Below are positions 49,781-64,000 of a stretch of 64,000 bases of DNA, one piece after another. The DNA is taken from assembly GCF_006345805.1 (NCBI RefSeq), contig NC_043002.1, positions 22,134,001-22,198,000 of the forward strand, given 5' to 3'. The notes beneath the pieces were generated by a model that did no database searches, had not been told where the DNA came from, and saw only the letters and a program-made list of their open reading frames with translations. Position 1 is the stretch's first letter, and each line of letters starts with the position of its first letter. The stretch is from Octopus sinensis. Its lineage: Eukaryota. The position numbers were made by a program, and so were the translations under genes.

Positions 49781-50469
49781 CACAAATAAATATATAAAAA
49801 ATTAACAATAGCCACAAACAAATAGATATATAAATAACTAAGATAAGGAGAACAAAAAAAATAATGTAATAAAGTCAAGTGAGAAAATGGTGGCCGTGAT
49901 AAGGTTGCAGCAATTGGTGAGAACGAGGCTAGGTTTGGTGAGTGGAGAGAGTATAAGAGATGGAGGTGAGAGAGAAAGAGAAAGGGTGGAAACTGAAGAG
50001 TGGGGTTGGGGGGAGGAAGAGAAAGTTTAGGGAGTAAAGTAGAGAGAGAGAGAGAGAGAGAATTTGGAGGGGGGTTGAGTAGAATGCAGTAAGGGGAGTA
50101 GGGAGAAGTATTGTTGAACAGGGCGGAACAACGATATCATCCCAATTAGATTAAGAAATGAGCTGTAGTGTGGTTTCTGGTTGAATAGAGACCATTGATG
50201 CAGTGGTCGATGATGGTAATGGTGGTGTTGGTGATGGGATTGGCGGATGGTAAAGGTGGTGCTAGTGACATTGCTGGTAATGATGACGGTGGTTTTGCTA
50301 TTGGTTCCGTTGGTGATGACGGCGACGCTATTGTCGGTGGTATTGGTGTTTATCATAATGGTGTTGATGGTGGTCGCGGCTTTGTTGGCAGCGGTGTTGT
50401 TCGTAGAGGTTGGAGTGGCGGCTAAGTTGCTAGTGATGATGTTAATAGGGATAGTAGTATGTTTGTCTG

Positions 50470-50542
<73 letters not shown>

Positions 50543-50706
50543 ATATCTTTATAGCTTTATAGCTTTTATCTGCTATACGATGCAATGCACTCATATTTTA
50601 GTGCCTGTGTGTTATCTTATACCTTTGTCGGATCTTCAAAACTGAAATACGATTGTATTGGGGAAAGCATGTGTAGCAAAAGCGGCTATAAGCTAATTAA
50701 ATTCAC

Positions 50707-50737
<31 letters not shown>

Positions 50738-50754
50738 CACACACACACACACAG

Positions 50755-50845
50755 GCGCAGGAGTGGCTGTGTGGTAGGAAGCTTGGTTCCCAACCACATG
50801 GTTCTCGGTTCAGCCCCACTGCGTGGTACCTTGGGCAAATGCCTA
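50755..50845 (+). mobile_element. SINE group B 5' fragment
   Basis: GGCGCAGGAGTGGCTGTGTGGTAGGAAGCTTGG..CACTGCGTGGTACCTTGGGCAAATG. Confidence 0.85.
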
Positions 50846-50869
50846 TATATATGTTTGTATGTATGTATA

Positions 50870-51393
50870 CAAGGTGGGCCAAAATTTGTGCCCCAACTTT
50901 GTGTCCTAATTATTTGTGTCTATTAGTTCTGTAGTTTCTTGATGCATGCTGTAATTATTTCTATATGTTATTGATTCTTCGATGTGAGAGGATGCTCTCA
51001 GAAACCAGAGATACCAGATTTTTTGATCGACTAATTTTCTCTGAGGAAGCAACCTTTCATGTTTCCGATCACATCAACCTCCATAACTGCTTCTATTATT
51101 CAAAAGATGACCATGTAGTGGTTTGGGAATAAGCACGTCAATTCACCTTCTCATGTCATTTGGGCGGCGATATCGTCTTCAGGAATTTGTGCATTACATA
51201 TTCAACGAGAGACCTGGCGTTGTGTGAAAACGTCATCTGGCCGTATTTTCAATAGCGTCAATTCCAAAATCTTTGTGCAAGATGGAGCACTTTCTCATTA
51301 TGACAAACGTGTAAGAAACTTCCTCAATCAGCACCTACGAAATCGTTGGATTTTCAAAAACTCAAGTTGGGGAATTAATTTTGACCCACCTTG
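50870..51393 (+). mobile_element. Internally deleted Tc1/mariner element with both 29-bp TIRs and TA TSD
   Basis: TA|CAAGGTGGGCCAAAATTTGTGCCCCAACT ... AGTTGGGGAATTAATTTTGACCCACCTTG|TA. Internal relics HVIWAAISSSG and [27 protein letters not shown]. Confidence 0.9.
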
Positions 51394-51524
51394 TAAATAT
51401 ATATAATACCTATATACATGCGTAAGTATACATACATACATACATACATACATACATACATACATACATACATACACACATATATATGTATATATGTATA
51501 TATATATATACATATATATATATG

Positions 51525-51590
<66 letters not shown>

Positions 51591-51690
51591 TATATAAAGA
51601 TATATATAAATAATTTATATATATATATTGATATATACACACATATGTACATACATACATACATACATATATATGTATATAGGTATGCAT

Positions 51691-52943
<1,253 letters not shown>

Positions 52944-53329
52944 ATGTGTATGTATATATACACATATATATTCGTGTGTGTGTGTAAACACTAGCAAGTT
53001 ATTACAATGTCGTAAACCCAAATGTGACAAACTTGCATGTACATACATAATCGGGTTATGCAATCTTCAAGAGCAACATTTCACACACCTCATATTCTAA
53101 TTTTGCTCAACAGCTCTTTCATTATAATAGACATGAATACATATATAATTACATAATTGTGATAGATAATTCAGTTAAAAACTGTATTCATTCTAAATCA
53201 CCAGGAATGTTGTGATATGTTAATCAGAAAATTGTTAAGGCTATTTAAACCAGTTGCGACAGTCAATAGTCATCAAATCAGTCCGGTATTATCTGCACAG
53301 CTCGAAGGTGAATAAAAAGTAATTTCGAT

Positions 53330-53772
53330 GGGGATGGAACTGTCCAGAATGTTCACAAGAAATGTTTCGGATGACTGTGGATGATCGACGAGCTACATAC
53401 TGTACGAAAGAGTGCTAAAGACATATTGCCAGAGTTCCAGAATATCTGATGATGATAATAATAATAAGAGGCAGTTGCCGGCAACCGTGGAGACTGGCGA
53501 CGTACCGTAAGAGAGGGAATACAAAGGAGTGACAGAGAGAGAAAGGAGAAATGGAAAGACAAGAAAAGACGTCAACAAGAAACTATGGCATTACAACCAG
53601 CCAGGAACAGTCTTCGCTACATTTGCGGTACCTGCCAGAAGGAATGTTTGTCCAGGATAGGACTTTACAGCCACAGCAGGAAATGTATCAGGACATGAAA
53701 TGTAAAAGCCGGACTAGACTACTTTATGCGCAACTCCATTGTCTCCCGAGACAAAAAGGATGCCAACCAATG
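53330..53772 (+). mobile_element. RTE-clade LINE 3' end
   Basis: ..NRGDWRRTVREGIQRSDRERKEKWKDKKRRQQ..YICGTCQKECLSRIGLYSHSRKC (RTE C-terminal C2H2 finger); 3' UTR CCATTGTCTCCCGAGACAAAAAGGATGCCAAC. Confidence 0.85.
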
Positions 53773-55200
53773 ATATACGTATGCGTGTGTTTCTGTGTGT
53801 GTTTGTGTCTTGCGCAAGTGTCCATGTCCATGTATAACAAGGCTTTTGAGATGTTTATTAATCAGAGCAAACTATAATATAAGCCACCGGAAGACAAAGA
53901 GTGTGATTTTGCAAATTCTAAGGCCACATACTGCCGTATTAATATTTTCTGATCGCACAACGCAATCTGATGTCAACGGTCAAGAAACATTTAAAGGCCA
54001 CCAATAACTAATAAAAACAAAACAAAATAAAAAGTACAAGAGAATAATACCCACCAGCGTTCCTATTATAGAATGGTACGAATAACTGGCATTGAAATCA
54101 GGGGAGTGGAGCAAGTCTGATGCGAAGTGTCTGGGTTACGAGTGGATGACGCCTGTGTACGGAATGTTAAGGAGAAGTGAAGGAGCGTATCATTTGCTGA
54201 GTGTGTGTGTGTGTGTGTCAGTGTGTGTGTTAGTGAGCATATGTATGTGCACATGTTTGTGTGCATGTGCGTGTATGTGTGTGCGTGAGTGCGAATGAGT
54301 GAATGGGTGTGAATGTATGTGCGTGCCTGTGTGTGCGTACGTGAACATAGGTGTGCGTGTTGCGCGTGTCCTTCAGTACGTGTGCATGGGTGTATGTGTG
54401 TGAAGTGTGTGCTTGCATACGTGCGCATGCGTGTGTGCGCATGTGCGTATCTGTGCATGGGCGCACTTGTGGGTATATGTGTGAGCGTGTATATGTATGT
54501 GAGTGTGCGCATGCGTATTAGTTGTAAATAGATGCATATGTATGTGTGCATGTGCATGAGTATGCGTGCGTGCGTGCATGCGTACAGGTTCGTGTGTGTG
54601 TGTTTAATTGTAAAAATTGCTGGAAAGAATAAGACAGTCAGTCACATCATTAATATTATTTCACATCTGCAAGAGCGACAGATTAGCAAAAATCGTCCAA
54701 GTGTCGAAAAAAATGCCTAGTGATATTTCTTCGGGCCTTTTACAATCTGGTTTTCGAATCCTTCTCAAGTAAACTTTGTCTTTAATTCATCCGAGGTGGA
54801 TAAAATGTTGTACCAGTAACACCATTCTCTCAATCTTCAGTCGTTTTTCCTATGTTAGAAACAATTATTTTGGATCTACGCTTTGAGACATGTTAGCATC
54901 TCTCTAAAGGGTTTGCATTCCAAAAACTGGATTATTGTCTCAAATGGGTGGTTTTAGCTTGTTAATTGTGTGTTTGTAGGGGAAGGGAACTTTAAACTTT
55001 AATTTTATCATCATATTTTTATGCTGTGTGGAAGGAATGCTTTATTTCGAATTTAGGCCTTTGTCCGTTAGACTCAGAAAATGGGGATAGCGCCCATATT
55101 ATTGAGGAGAGTGAAAAATGCGGCCACACAAAATTTTAGATTGGGAAATTTCGTACAAATACAGAACAGACGTAGGCGTGACAGTGTGGTAAGAAGCATA

Positions 55201-55939
55201 TCTATTATATAAGATCCGTTCTGTGTGTGTGTGTGTCTTCTAGGATCTCGGGTATCATCCATCCAGTTGCGCTCAAATTTGATATGTTGATACCGACGGT
55301 ATCAGGGCGTGTATAAGTCTTGAAAAAATTACAAAAATCGACTCCAGGTGAGAATGCGATCGATAAAGCCGTGGGAACGTGCATTTGTACGCGCAAGTAC
55401 ATCAGCTGTTGCGATCGATACTACGCGTACGCGAGAAAAATTCACGTGCAGTTTGTGCAAAAAACGCCAGCTGGCTTGAAATAATGCCACAAAATGCAGT
55501 ATATTTAAGAGACCAAAAAAGTAATTGTGAGGTAATGTTGTTAGGTGTACCGAGTTCGATTTTTGTAGTGAGTGGATAGCACGGGGGAAAAGTCTTGGAT
55601 GGATTTTAAAATTGATACCAACATTATTTGTGCCATATTGATAGAATATTTTCCACATAACACAAATGATGTAGCGCACCCGGCGGCGTCGGAGAAAGTA
55701 GAGATTAAATTTTTTAGTCGACCCCAATAATCAATGTCTCTCATACTGTCTACTTTATTGTTATGGACCGCTGGAGTACTTCTACTTTCATGAGTTACTT
55801 CGTATGGATGGGGACTACAGTGGGCAACAGTACTCAAGGTAGGATCGGGCAAAAGTAGAGAAGGATGATGGTGTAGGCATCTCTAGACCGGAAAGTCCTT
55901 AGAATCCAGGAGCACATCTTGCGGGCCAAGTCAAACTAG
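55201..55939 (+). mobile_element. Possible non-autonomous Helitron derivative
   Basis: Starts A|TCTATTATATAAG with (TG)n and CATCC..TTGCGCTCAAATTTGATATG, typical of Helitron-type MITEs, and ends in a GC-rich stretch plus CTAG. The 3' flank is C rather than T and the hairpin is decayed. Confidence 0.4.
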
Positions 55940-56484
55940 CTGTTTAAAGTATCCTTGTGTATATATGTATATATCTAATATTGTATGTATATATTTTATT
56001 AATTTGCCTGTACGGCTGATAATTCGCTTATCACTTGTAATGGTATTTTAATAATACCATCCCTATATCTATTCATAAATAATTTTACACGTTTCGTTTG
56101 TTCCTACGGTGCTTGATCACTTAAAGCGAACTTTTGCAGGCATGATGGGCGAGAATGTTAGTAGTAATTTAGCTGGCGGACTTTGGCTGATGAGAAATTA
56201 GACACCTATTTGGCGCTAAATTTCGAAACCGGTACCAGGTTGACCAGCATTTACTTGTTCTGACCCATTTGAGGTATGACATTATTGTTCACTGATATTT
56301 TTTCCTATCTTGTCTGTAATAGATTTGTGACTATTCGGTGGTACAGAAGTATTTTTTTACTTCTATCATTAGCGATATAGGTACTCATGTAGTACCTTGT
56401 GTATATATGTACATATTTAATACTGTATGTATATATTTTATATATATACACACATATGTACAGACAGACACTCACTGGCATATA

Positions 56485-56990
56485 CCAGGTTTAGTCAAAA
56501 GTTTTCTCGTTATTTTTTAAGGATTATCTTTTGGCTACTTTTATCTGTATGGGATATCGTTAATTGGATACAACTTGTCCAATCGTTGCTGGATTGTTTA
56601 TTCTTTATTTTTATATATAACATAAAACACTCATTGCTTATTCCGTATTTTACAGCTTTGATAATGAATGTTGCAAAAATTGCAATTAGAGCCATTTTAC
56701 TTCGCCTGTGTTATAAAACGACTAAGCAAAAGAAATTAATTATGAGGAAAGCCCAAGAACTGTCAACGAACGTGTTGCACAAAACTGATTCAGACTTTTC
56801 TAGGAAAATAACACCAATCTCGAAAACAAACCTAGGTCAGGTTGACTGCCTTGAAATGATTGAACAGCCAAGCACCATCACACCATTCGTTATCGGCAGA
56901 ACTTGGCCCTTCATTGTCTATCGGCGATTAAGCAATACAATTTTGTTGTACCTGGGTGGTTTTGAACTATCAACCGTTCAGCTATTTGTC
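56485..56990 (+). mobile_element. Mariner 5' half (TIR and HTH region), decayed
   Basis: TA|CCAGGTTTAGTCAAAAGTTTT TIR-like end; MNVAKIAIRAILL then TVNERVAQN*FRLF*ENNTNLENKPRSG. Confidence 0.65.
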
Positions 56991-57539
56991 TCACAAATTT
57001 ATATACCCGTCTACTCATACACATGTAATATATAACATACATTTAATGCAACAAACGATTCCTTAACATTGCACGTGTATGTCTACACCTATTTCGTTGG
57101 AATCCGTATTTCTCTTGTGTGACTGTGTGATGTTCAAGTAAGGTGGGGGAATAATGATCCAGCGTCTCTGTGGTTTCGGTGATGAGTAGTTTTGCGCGTG
57201 CATTTTCTGTATCATCAAAATGAACATTCTTACATGTTCTATATTGGTTTTCGAAATTTATCTTCTGTTTTTATTTTGTTTTTGACTTTTTAAAAACGTT
57301 TTGAGGTTGTGTAGTAGTAGTGGGAGGTGGAGTAGTTGGGTGGTGTTCTGTTTCAAAAACAACAAATTTTACTTGTTTATCACTGTATGTATGTTTGTAT
57401 GTATTATATAGTTATGATTATATATATATATATATATTGTCTGTATACACACACACACACACACACTCACAAACACACACACACACACATATATATATAT
57501 ACATATATATAATGCATTAATTCATCTATATATATACAT

Positions 57540-57940
57540 ACATGCATCCATCCATCCACCAATCCAAACATCGACCCATACGTACATACATGCATGCTTA
57601 CATACATACATACATGCATGCATACATACATACATACATACATACATACATACTATATACATGCATGCATGCATACATACATACATACATACATGCATGC
57701 ATACATACATACATGCATGCATACATACATACATACATACATACATACATACATACTTACATACATACATACATGCATGCATACATACATACATACATAC
57801 ATACATACATACATACATACATACATACATACATACATACTTACATACATACATACATGCATGCATACATACATACATACATACATACATACATACATAC
57901 ATACATACATACATACATACATACATACATACATACATGC
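57540..57940. repeat. (CATA)n array with higher-order CATG/CTTA variants
   Basis: Direct reading. Confidence 0.95.
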
Positions 57941-58220
57941 TTAGCAATATTCTATTTTAGTCGTAAGACGTGTCGAAAAGAGATATTAATCGTTTGGGGA
58001 TGTTTTAAAAAAAGCATTGTTGTTGGTTTTGCTGTTGTTGTTACATGCATTTGAAAGACTGAGAAAGTAGATATGAAAAAGAAAGGGAAGGAGAGGGGGC
58101 GAATTCTAAAGAAAATGTAAGAGAAGTGGGGTATTATTAGTGTGTGTGTACGTTCACAGTTACAAACACACGCATATGTAATATGTATATATATGTTTGT
58201 GTGTGTGTGTGTGTGTGTCT

Positions 58221-58288
<68 letters not shown>

Positions 58289-58314
58289 CATAGATATGTA
58301 TATATATGTGTGTG

Positions 58315-58359
<45 letters not shown>

Positions 58360-58457
58360 ATTTTCCTTCTTTCTCTCCTACTCGCCTTTACTCCCTTTCT
58401 TTGAAAGGAAGTTAAGAAAATGTGAAACAGGAAGAGAGAGTGAGAGATTGAAAGAGG

Positions 58458-58501
<44 letters not shown>

Positions 58502-59089
58502 GTGAGATAGAGAAAGAGGAAGAGAGAGGCAGGGTGAGAAAGAAAGAGAAAGAATACAATTATAAAATTATTTGAAGCTTGGAAGTGAAAAAGACAATGA
58601 CGTGAGGAAGAGTGTATATATGTGTATATATGCGTACAAGTGTATACATGCACATTTGTACGCATTACTGAATATAAGGATGATATTTATGATTATATAC
58701 GTTGTACAATTTGGCGTGTATGCATGTTATTGTTTAGATCTACGAATCAGTTGGGTCGGGGACGTTCATTTTTTTTTCTGTTTCAATCGATCTCCGCTCC
58801 AGGTGTCGCTGTAGTATAATAAAAGGCTGCCGCCATTAAAGAAGAAATAAATTGTTATTTCTATTTTCTAAACGTCGCCATTGTTTTGTATGCGTTCCCG
58901 CCACAAAAAAGCACAAAGTGATAACCAGTTATGGCGTCGAATTCAACTTAAATAATTTGATGAATCTAGTTTTAAGGCAAAATATGGCAGTCTTCGCAAG
59001 AATCTTTTTTTCTTCTCTATTTCATTCTTTGTTTTTGGCAAGGAAAGAGAACTTTTTCTATCAAAAACACACATCGAACACAAATTATC

Positions 59090-59090
59090 G

Positions 59091-59148
<58 letters not shown>

Positions 59149-59746
59149 TTATTATTACTATTATAAATATTATTATTATTATTATTATAATTGTTGTTGT
59201 TGCTGTTGTTACTGCTGTTGTTGTTACTGTTGCTATTGTTGTTATTAGTGCTGCTGTGGTTGTTGTTGTTGTTGTTGTTGTTATTACTATTATTATTATT
59301 GTTATTTTCAAAAATTCATATTTCTCGCTTAGTTTCGTCTTCCTTTATTACATTACTTCATCTGTTTGTACTTAGTTTATTCTCGTTTCCTTCTTGCCAT
59401 TCTTTTTTTCTTCTATTCAATCCTTTGGACTTCATATGTTCCTACCCATACTTTACTTTTGTTGTCGTCATCGTCGTCGTTGTTGTTGTTGTTGTACTTC
59501 TTCTTCTTCTCCTTCTTCTTCTTCTTCTTCTCCTTCTTCTTCTCCTTCTTCTTCTTCTTCTTCTTCTTCTTCTTCTTCTTCTTCTTCTCCTTCTTCTTCT
59601 TCTTCTCTTCTTCTTCTTCTCCTTCTTCTTCTTCTTCTTCTTCTTCTTCTTCTCCTCTCTACATCTTCTGTATCACTACCATCACCATCATCACCGACAC
59701 CATTCTCATCGTGCCGGCTACCACCTCCACCACCACCACCACCACA

Positions 59747-59793
<47 letters not shown>

Positions 59794-59932
59794 CACGACC
59801 ACCATCATCAACACCACCACCTCCATCATCAACACCACCACCACCACCACCGCCACCGCCACCGCCGCCGCCGCTGTTGCTCCTGTTACTTCCACCACCA
59901 CCGTCACCGCCGCTGCTACCACCACCACCACC

Positions 59933-59972
<40 letters not shown>

Positions 59973-59987
59973 TACTACTACTACTAC

Positions 59988-60028
<41 letters not shown>

Positions 60029-60030
60029 TT
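59090..60030. repeat. Compound in-phase trinucleotide array
   Basis: TTA > TTG > TTC > CCA > CGACCA > CCG > CCA > CTA > TAA; source of the 325/231/198-aa pseudo-ORFs. Confidence 0.93.
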
Positions 60031-60524
60031 TTCCGTTTGCCTACTCTTGTTCTTGTTTTAACAAAAAAGAACGCTACAACAGTAACCTTAACAACAACAA
60101 CAACAACAACACTAGTAATTATACAAACTGACTCTATTAATTGGTTTGTAAATTACATTGAGTGTTGATTTTATTTATTCGTTTATGTATTGGTTTTGTT
60201 TTGATTTTGTTTCATATCTCAATGTATTTTTGCCTTTGTTATTGTTATTGTATAAGTTTTATTGTTGCTGTTGTTGTTGCTACAGAATCATTGTTTTCCT
60301 CACACGTTTGTTTGTTATTATTCAAAGGTTTTTTTTTCTTTTGTAAATTTTATTTATTGTATTTTTCCATATTTTACACAGAGTATATGAAAGGAAATAT
60401 TGTATTGGAAATGATGATGATGATGATGATGACGATGAAGATGAAGATGATGAAGAAGAAAACCATGATGACGATGGTGATATTACTACTCTTACTACTA
60501 TTACTACTTATAATAATAATAATA

Positions 60525-60581
<57 letters not shown>

Positions 60582-60583
<2 letters not shown>

Positions 60584-62294
60584 CAATTCAGTGACGACAT
60601 CAGAATGCAATTCGGCCTCGATAAATGTGCAAAGGCTACCTTTATCAAAGGAAAAATGACAGAAACATCTAACGTTAACCTTGACCAACAGAATGTCATA
60701 AAAGAACTAGACCCAGCGGAGAGCTACAAGTACCTAGGGATAATTGAAGGGAACGGAATAAGGCATTCAGAGATGAAGGAAAGGATCAGGAGAGAATGCT
60801 ATCGAAGAGTGAGAGCAATACTCAAGACAGAGCTGAATGCAAGAAACAGGATCGAAGCAATCAATGCATTAGCTATACCAGTCGTGACTTACAGTTCAAT
60901 ATTGTTAACTGGTCAATTACTGAAATATGTCAGCTCGACAGAAAAATAAGGAAACTGTTGACAATGCATAGAATGCACCACCCTAAGGCAGATACAGAAC
61001 GACTCTATCTGCCAAGAAAAGAGGGAGGCCGTGGTCTTTTGCAACTGGCAATAACAATGAAGATTGCTACAATTGGCCTAGACACCTACCTGAAAAACTC
61101 TGAGGACTGGATGCTAAAACTTGTCTCAAAACATGAAAACAAGAAAGTATCATACTCAGTCACAAAACAGGCAAAGGAATATCTAAGTGAATTCCGAATA
61201 CAACCAATTTCGGAATTAGAGATAGATATACAAGAAACAAGCACAGAAAAAGCTAGGCGCATGAAAACCCGTGCCAAAACTGCGGCCTTAGATATTCTGA
61301 ATAATAAATGGCAAGAAAAACCTCTCTATGGCAAATACCCAAAGAGAGCGAATAATGCAGATATCGACAAAGCCCTGACCCATCAATGGCTAATGGCCTC
61401 TGGCTTAAAATCTGAAACAGAGGGGTTTATCATAGCAGCTCAAGATCAATGCCTACCAACAAGAAACTACCAGGCCAACATATTAAAGATCAGAAGCAGT
61501 CCAACGTGTCGTGTATGCAAGCAACAAAATGAAACCATTGACCATGTGGTCTCCAAGTGCAGTCTTCTAGCGCCTACAGAGTATCTCAACAGGCACGATA
61601 GAGCTGCACAATATATTCACTGGGTAATCTGTAAAAACCTGGATTTGCCCCATGAAAAAAACTGGTGGGAACACAAACCACCCCCAGTGCTTGAAAATGA
61701 CCACATCTCACTCCTCTGGAACTTCACCATTCAAACTGACAGGAAGATAGATGCAAATAGGCCAGACATCATATTGAAAAACTTCAAACAAAGAACATGC
61801 CTCCTCATTGATATGACTGTCCCAATCGATATAAACGTATCTGTCAAGACCTACCAAAAACTGAGCAAATATAAAGATCTTGAAATAGAAATCAGCAAAA
61901 TGTGGAAGCTGAAGACTAAAACAATACCTGTTGTCATAGGTGCCCTGGGAATGATAGCAAAAGGGGCTGATAGCTACCTAACTCAGATACCAGGAAACCC
62001 CAAAATGGCAGAAGTTCAAAAGATAGTGCTCATGGGAACTGCTCATATCCTACGCAAAATACTCTCTATGTAATCTCAAGGTTTAAAACAAACATAATTT
62101 TCGGTTTAAAAAAAAAAAAAAAAAAAAACTTTTTTTTTTTTTTTAGACATTCATTAGTACAACATCCCCACCCCCCAAATATATGGCACACTAGGCATAA
62201 CAACAACATGAACTTCCAACCCTGTTGTCTCTTGAGGTCTCTGGGTGAGACTTGGAGCCAACTTGTACAAATATAAAGCAAAAGTCAAACATAG
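60582..62294 (+). mobile_element. R4/Dong-clade non-LTR retrotransposon (family 1), 5'-truncated and young, inserted in (TAA)n
   Basis: FSDDIRMQFGLDKC, YKYLG, RLYLPRKEGGRGL, ETEGFIIAAQDQ, CCHC knuckle CRVCKQQNETIDHVVSKC, RHD, RLE RPDII..LIDMTVP..KLSKYKDL, PVVIGALG; stop at 62073. One 1-nt deletion near 60895. (AAT)n at 60511-60580 and from 62295. Confidence 0.95.
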
Positions 62295-62344
62295 AATAAT
62301 AATAATAATAATAATAATAATGATGATAATAATAATAGTCATTT

Positions 62345-62515
62345 CCAGTATAGGCACAGGGCCTGAAATTTGGAGGAGGGTGCTAGTCTATTACATCGAT
62401 CCCAGTGGTCCACTGGTACTTATTTCGTCGAACCCCGAAAGGTTGAAAGTGAAAGTCGACCTCGGCGGAATTTGAACTCAGAACGTAAAACCGGACAAAC
62501 GATTCTGCTAGCACG
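62345..62515 (-). mobile_element. SINE group A, tail type 1; further decayed copies at ~62625-62750 (-) and ~63180-63345 (+)
   Basis: Reverse complement GTTCTGAGTTCAAATTCCGCCGAGGTCGACTTTC..AAGTACCAG..GATCGATGTAATAGACT. Confidence 0.82.
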
Positions 62516-62559
62516 TTGTCGTCGTCGTCGTCGTCGTCGTAGTAGTAGTAGTAGTAGTA

Positions 62560-62615
<56 letters not shown>

Positions 62616-62821
62616 CCTTTCTGTTATAGGCATAAGACCTGAAATTTCGTAGGAAGGGACGAGTCGAATACATCAACCCAAGTTGCGCGACCGCGAAATG
62701 ATGTAAGGTAAAGTCAAAATCGGCGGTATTTAAACTCAGAGCATAAAGACGCAGGTATTATTTTTGTGGTTAAGACCCTCTCTTTTGAACCCGTGTTTTC
62801 GAAACTACACCGTGTACATAT

Positions 62822-63050
62822 ACCTGTGTGTTTTTTGTTTGTCCTCTCTACACACCACCACATGAAAAACCGGTGTTGATTTCTTTATGTCACGTTAATT
62901 TTGCAGTTTACCAAAAGAAAGAAAGAAAAAAGACCGATACAACATGCACCAAACCCATAAAATAAATACTAGGATCGATTTGTTCGACTTAACCATGCAA
63001 GGTGGTGCCCCAGCATGGCCACAGTCTAATGACAGAAAGATAAATGATAA
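62822..63050 (+). mobile_element. SINE group B, 3' half, decayed
   Basis: GATCGATTTGTTCGACT..GGTGGTGCCCCAGCATGGCCACAGTCTAATGACAGAAA. Confidence 0.7.
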
Positions 63051-63581
63051 ACTAAACTGAAAATGGATTACAAAATACAAGATGTTAAAACAGCCTCTAT
63101 ATAGTCTGAAGCCTAGCTCGACTTATTAAAATAGAAGTAAATAAGATTATCTAAGTACTGGATGAAAAGCATAAAGCTCAAAGCTTAGCGGAATTTCGTC
63201 CGGTTCTTTTCCTTTTGAGTTCAAATCTTGTTGGGGTGAACTTTGCCTATATTCCTTTTGGGGTCGATAAAAATGTACCGGACATATACTACGGTCGACG
63301 TAATGGATTTGTCCCCTACCCTCTACAATTATTGACCTTGAACTCTGTAACGGACCGGCAACCCATTCCGGGGTAATGTTGCGATCTCGGTCCCTTACAA
63401 GCCATATAAATCCCAGAGCACAAGAAATATATTTTAAAAAGCGTCCCACTTAAAACAGCGAACATATTCAGACATTACAAACCTGAAGCTTTTATACACT
63501 GCAAACTGTACTAACATTGCAGAATACACAGGGAAAAGATGAGCCACGCACTCATCCACATACGCACGCGCACACAGACAG

Positions 63582-63614
<33 letters not shown>

Positions 63615-64000
63615 AACACGCGCACATAGACCATAAAAGATCTGAGACTGCATGATATCGTCATTTTATAGGCGAGATGTTCGTTCAGATATCAGAGTCA
63701 AAGGCCATCAACAAGATATATGAAAAATTATACTTAAGATGCTTGCCACTATAGACACTGAATATATTACGTAAATACCTCAGAACTTACAGGTATATGC
63801 GATATATAAAAATTAGCAACATTAAGCATTGAATATATTATATATACCTCAAGACTTCGACATATACATGACATAAAAGGCTGTAGCAACACTGGGCACT
63901 AAATGTATTACATATATGCACCAGAAATATACAGGACATAATAATAATTAGTAACTCTAGGCACTGAATATAATACACATATATTTTGGGACTTACATAT

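Noticed and set aside
59191-60168. 325-, 231- and 198-aa ORFs; likewise 48540-49878, 6778-7828 and 23070-23780 (mucin-like Thr runs)
   Set aside because: Homopolymeric products of trinucleotide arrays, open in several frames and on both strands, with no splice support.

Overview
Eukaryotic, AT-rich, repeat-saturated DNA with one 100-N scaffold gap. Microsatellite density and the tRNA-derived SINE families suggest a coleoid cephalopod (Octopus-like) intron or intergenic region; this is an inference, not a database result. I cannot support any host protein-coding gene, and almost all ORF-track entries are translations of microsatellites. The window holds many transposable-element remnants: a decayed Chapaev3/CMC-like transposase; five Tc1/mariner pieces (three mariner, one DD37D maT, one internally deleted with intact TIRs); three hAT-type MITEs; two foldback elements; a possible Helitron derivative; Penelope-like (RT + GIY-YIG) fragments; R4/Dong-clade, RTE, CR1/L2-group and L1/Tx1-like LINE fragments; and four tRNA-SINE groups. 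Most interesting: (1) three relic minimal type-I hammerhead ribozymes, one in a Penelope 3' region and two in small non-coding Penelope-like repeats, one of which shows pLTR-type direct repeats; (2) R4/Dong-clade retrotransposons sitting in (TAA)n and, for a second family, three times in (CATA)n microsatellites; (3) SINE/LINE 3'-tail sharing and SINE tail swapping visible within the window; (4) a near-perfect 64-bp-stem hairpin; (5) a 134-bp dispersed local duplication. All alignments and translations were done by eye.
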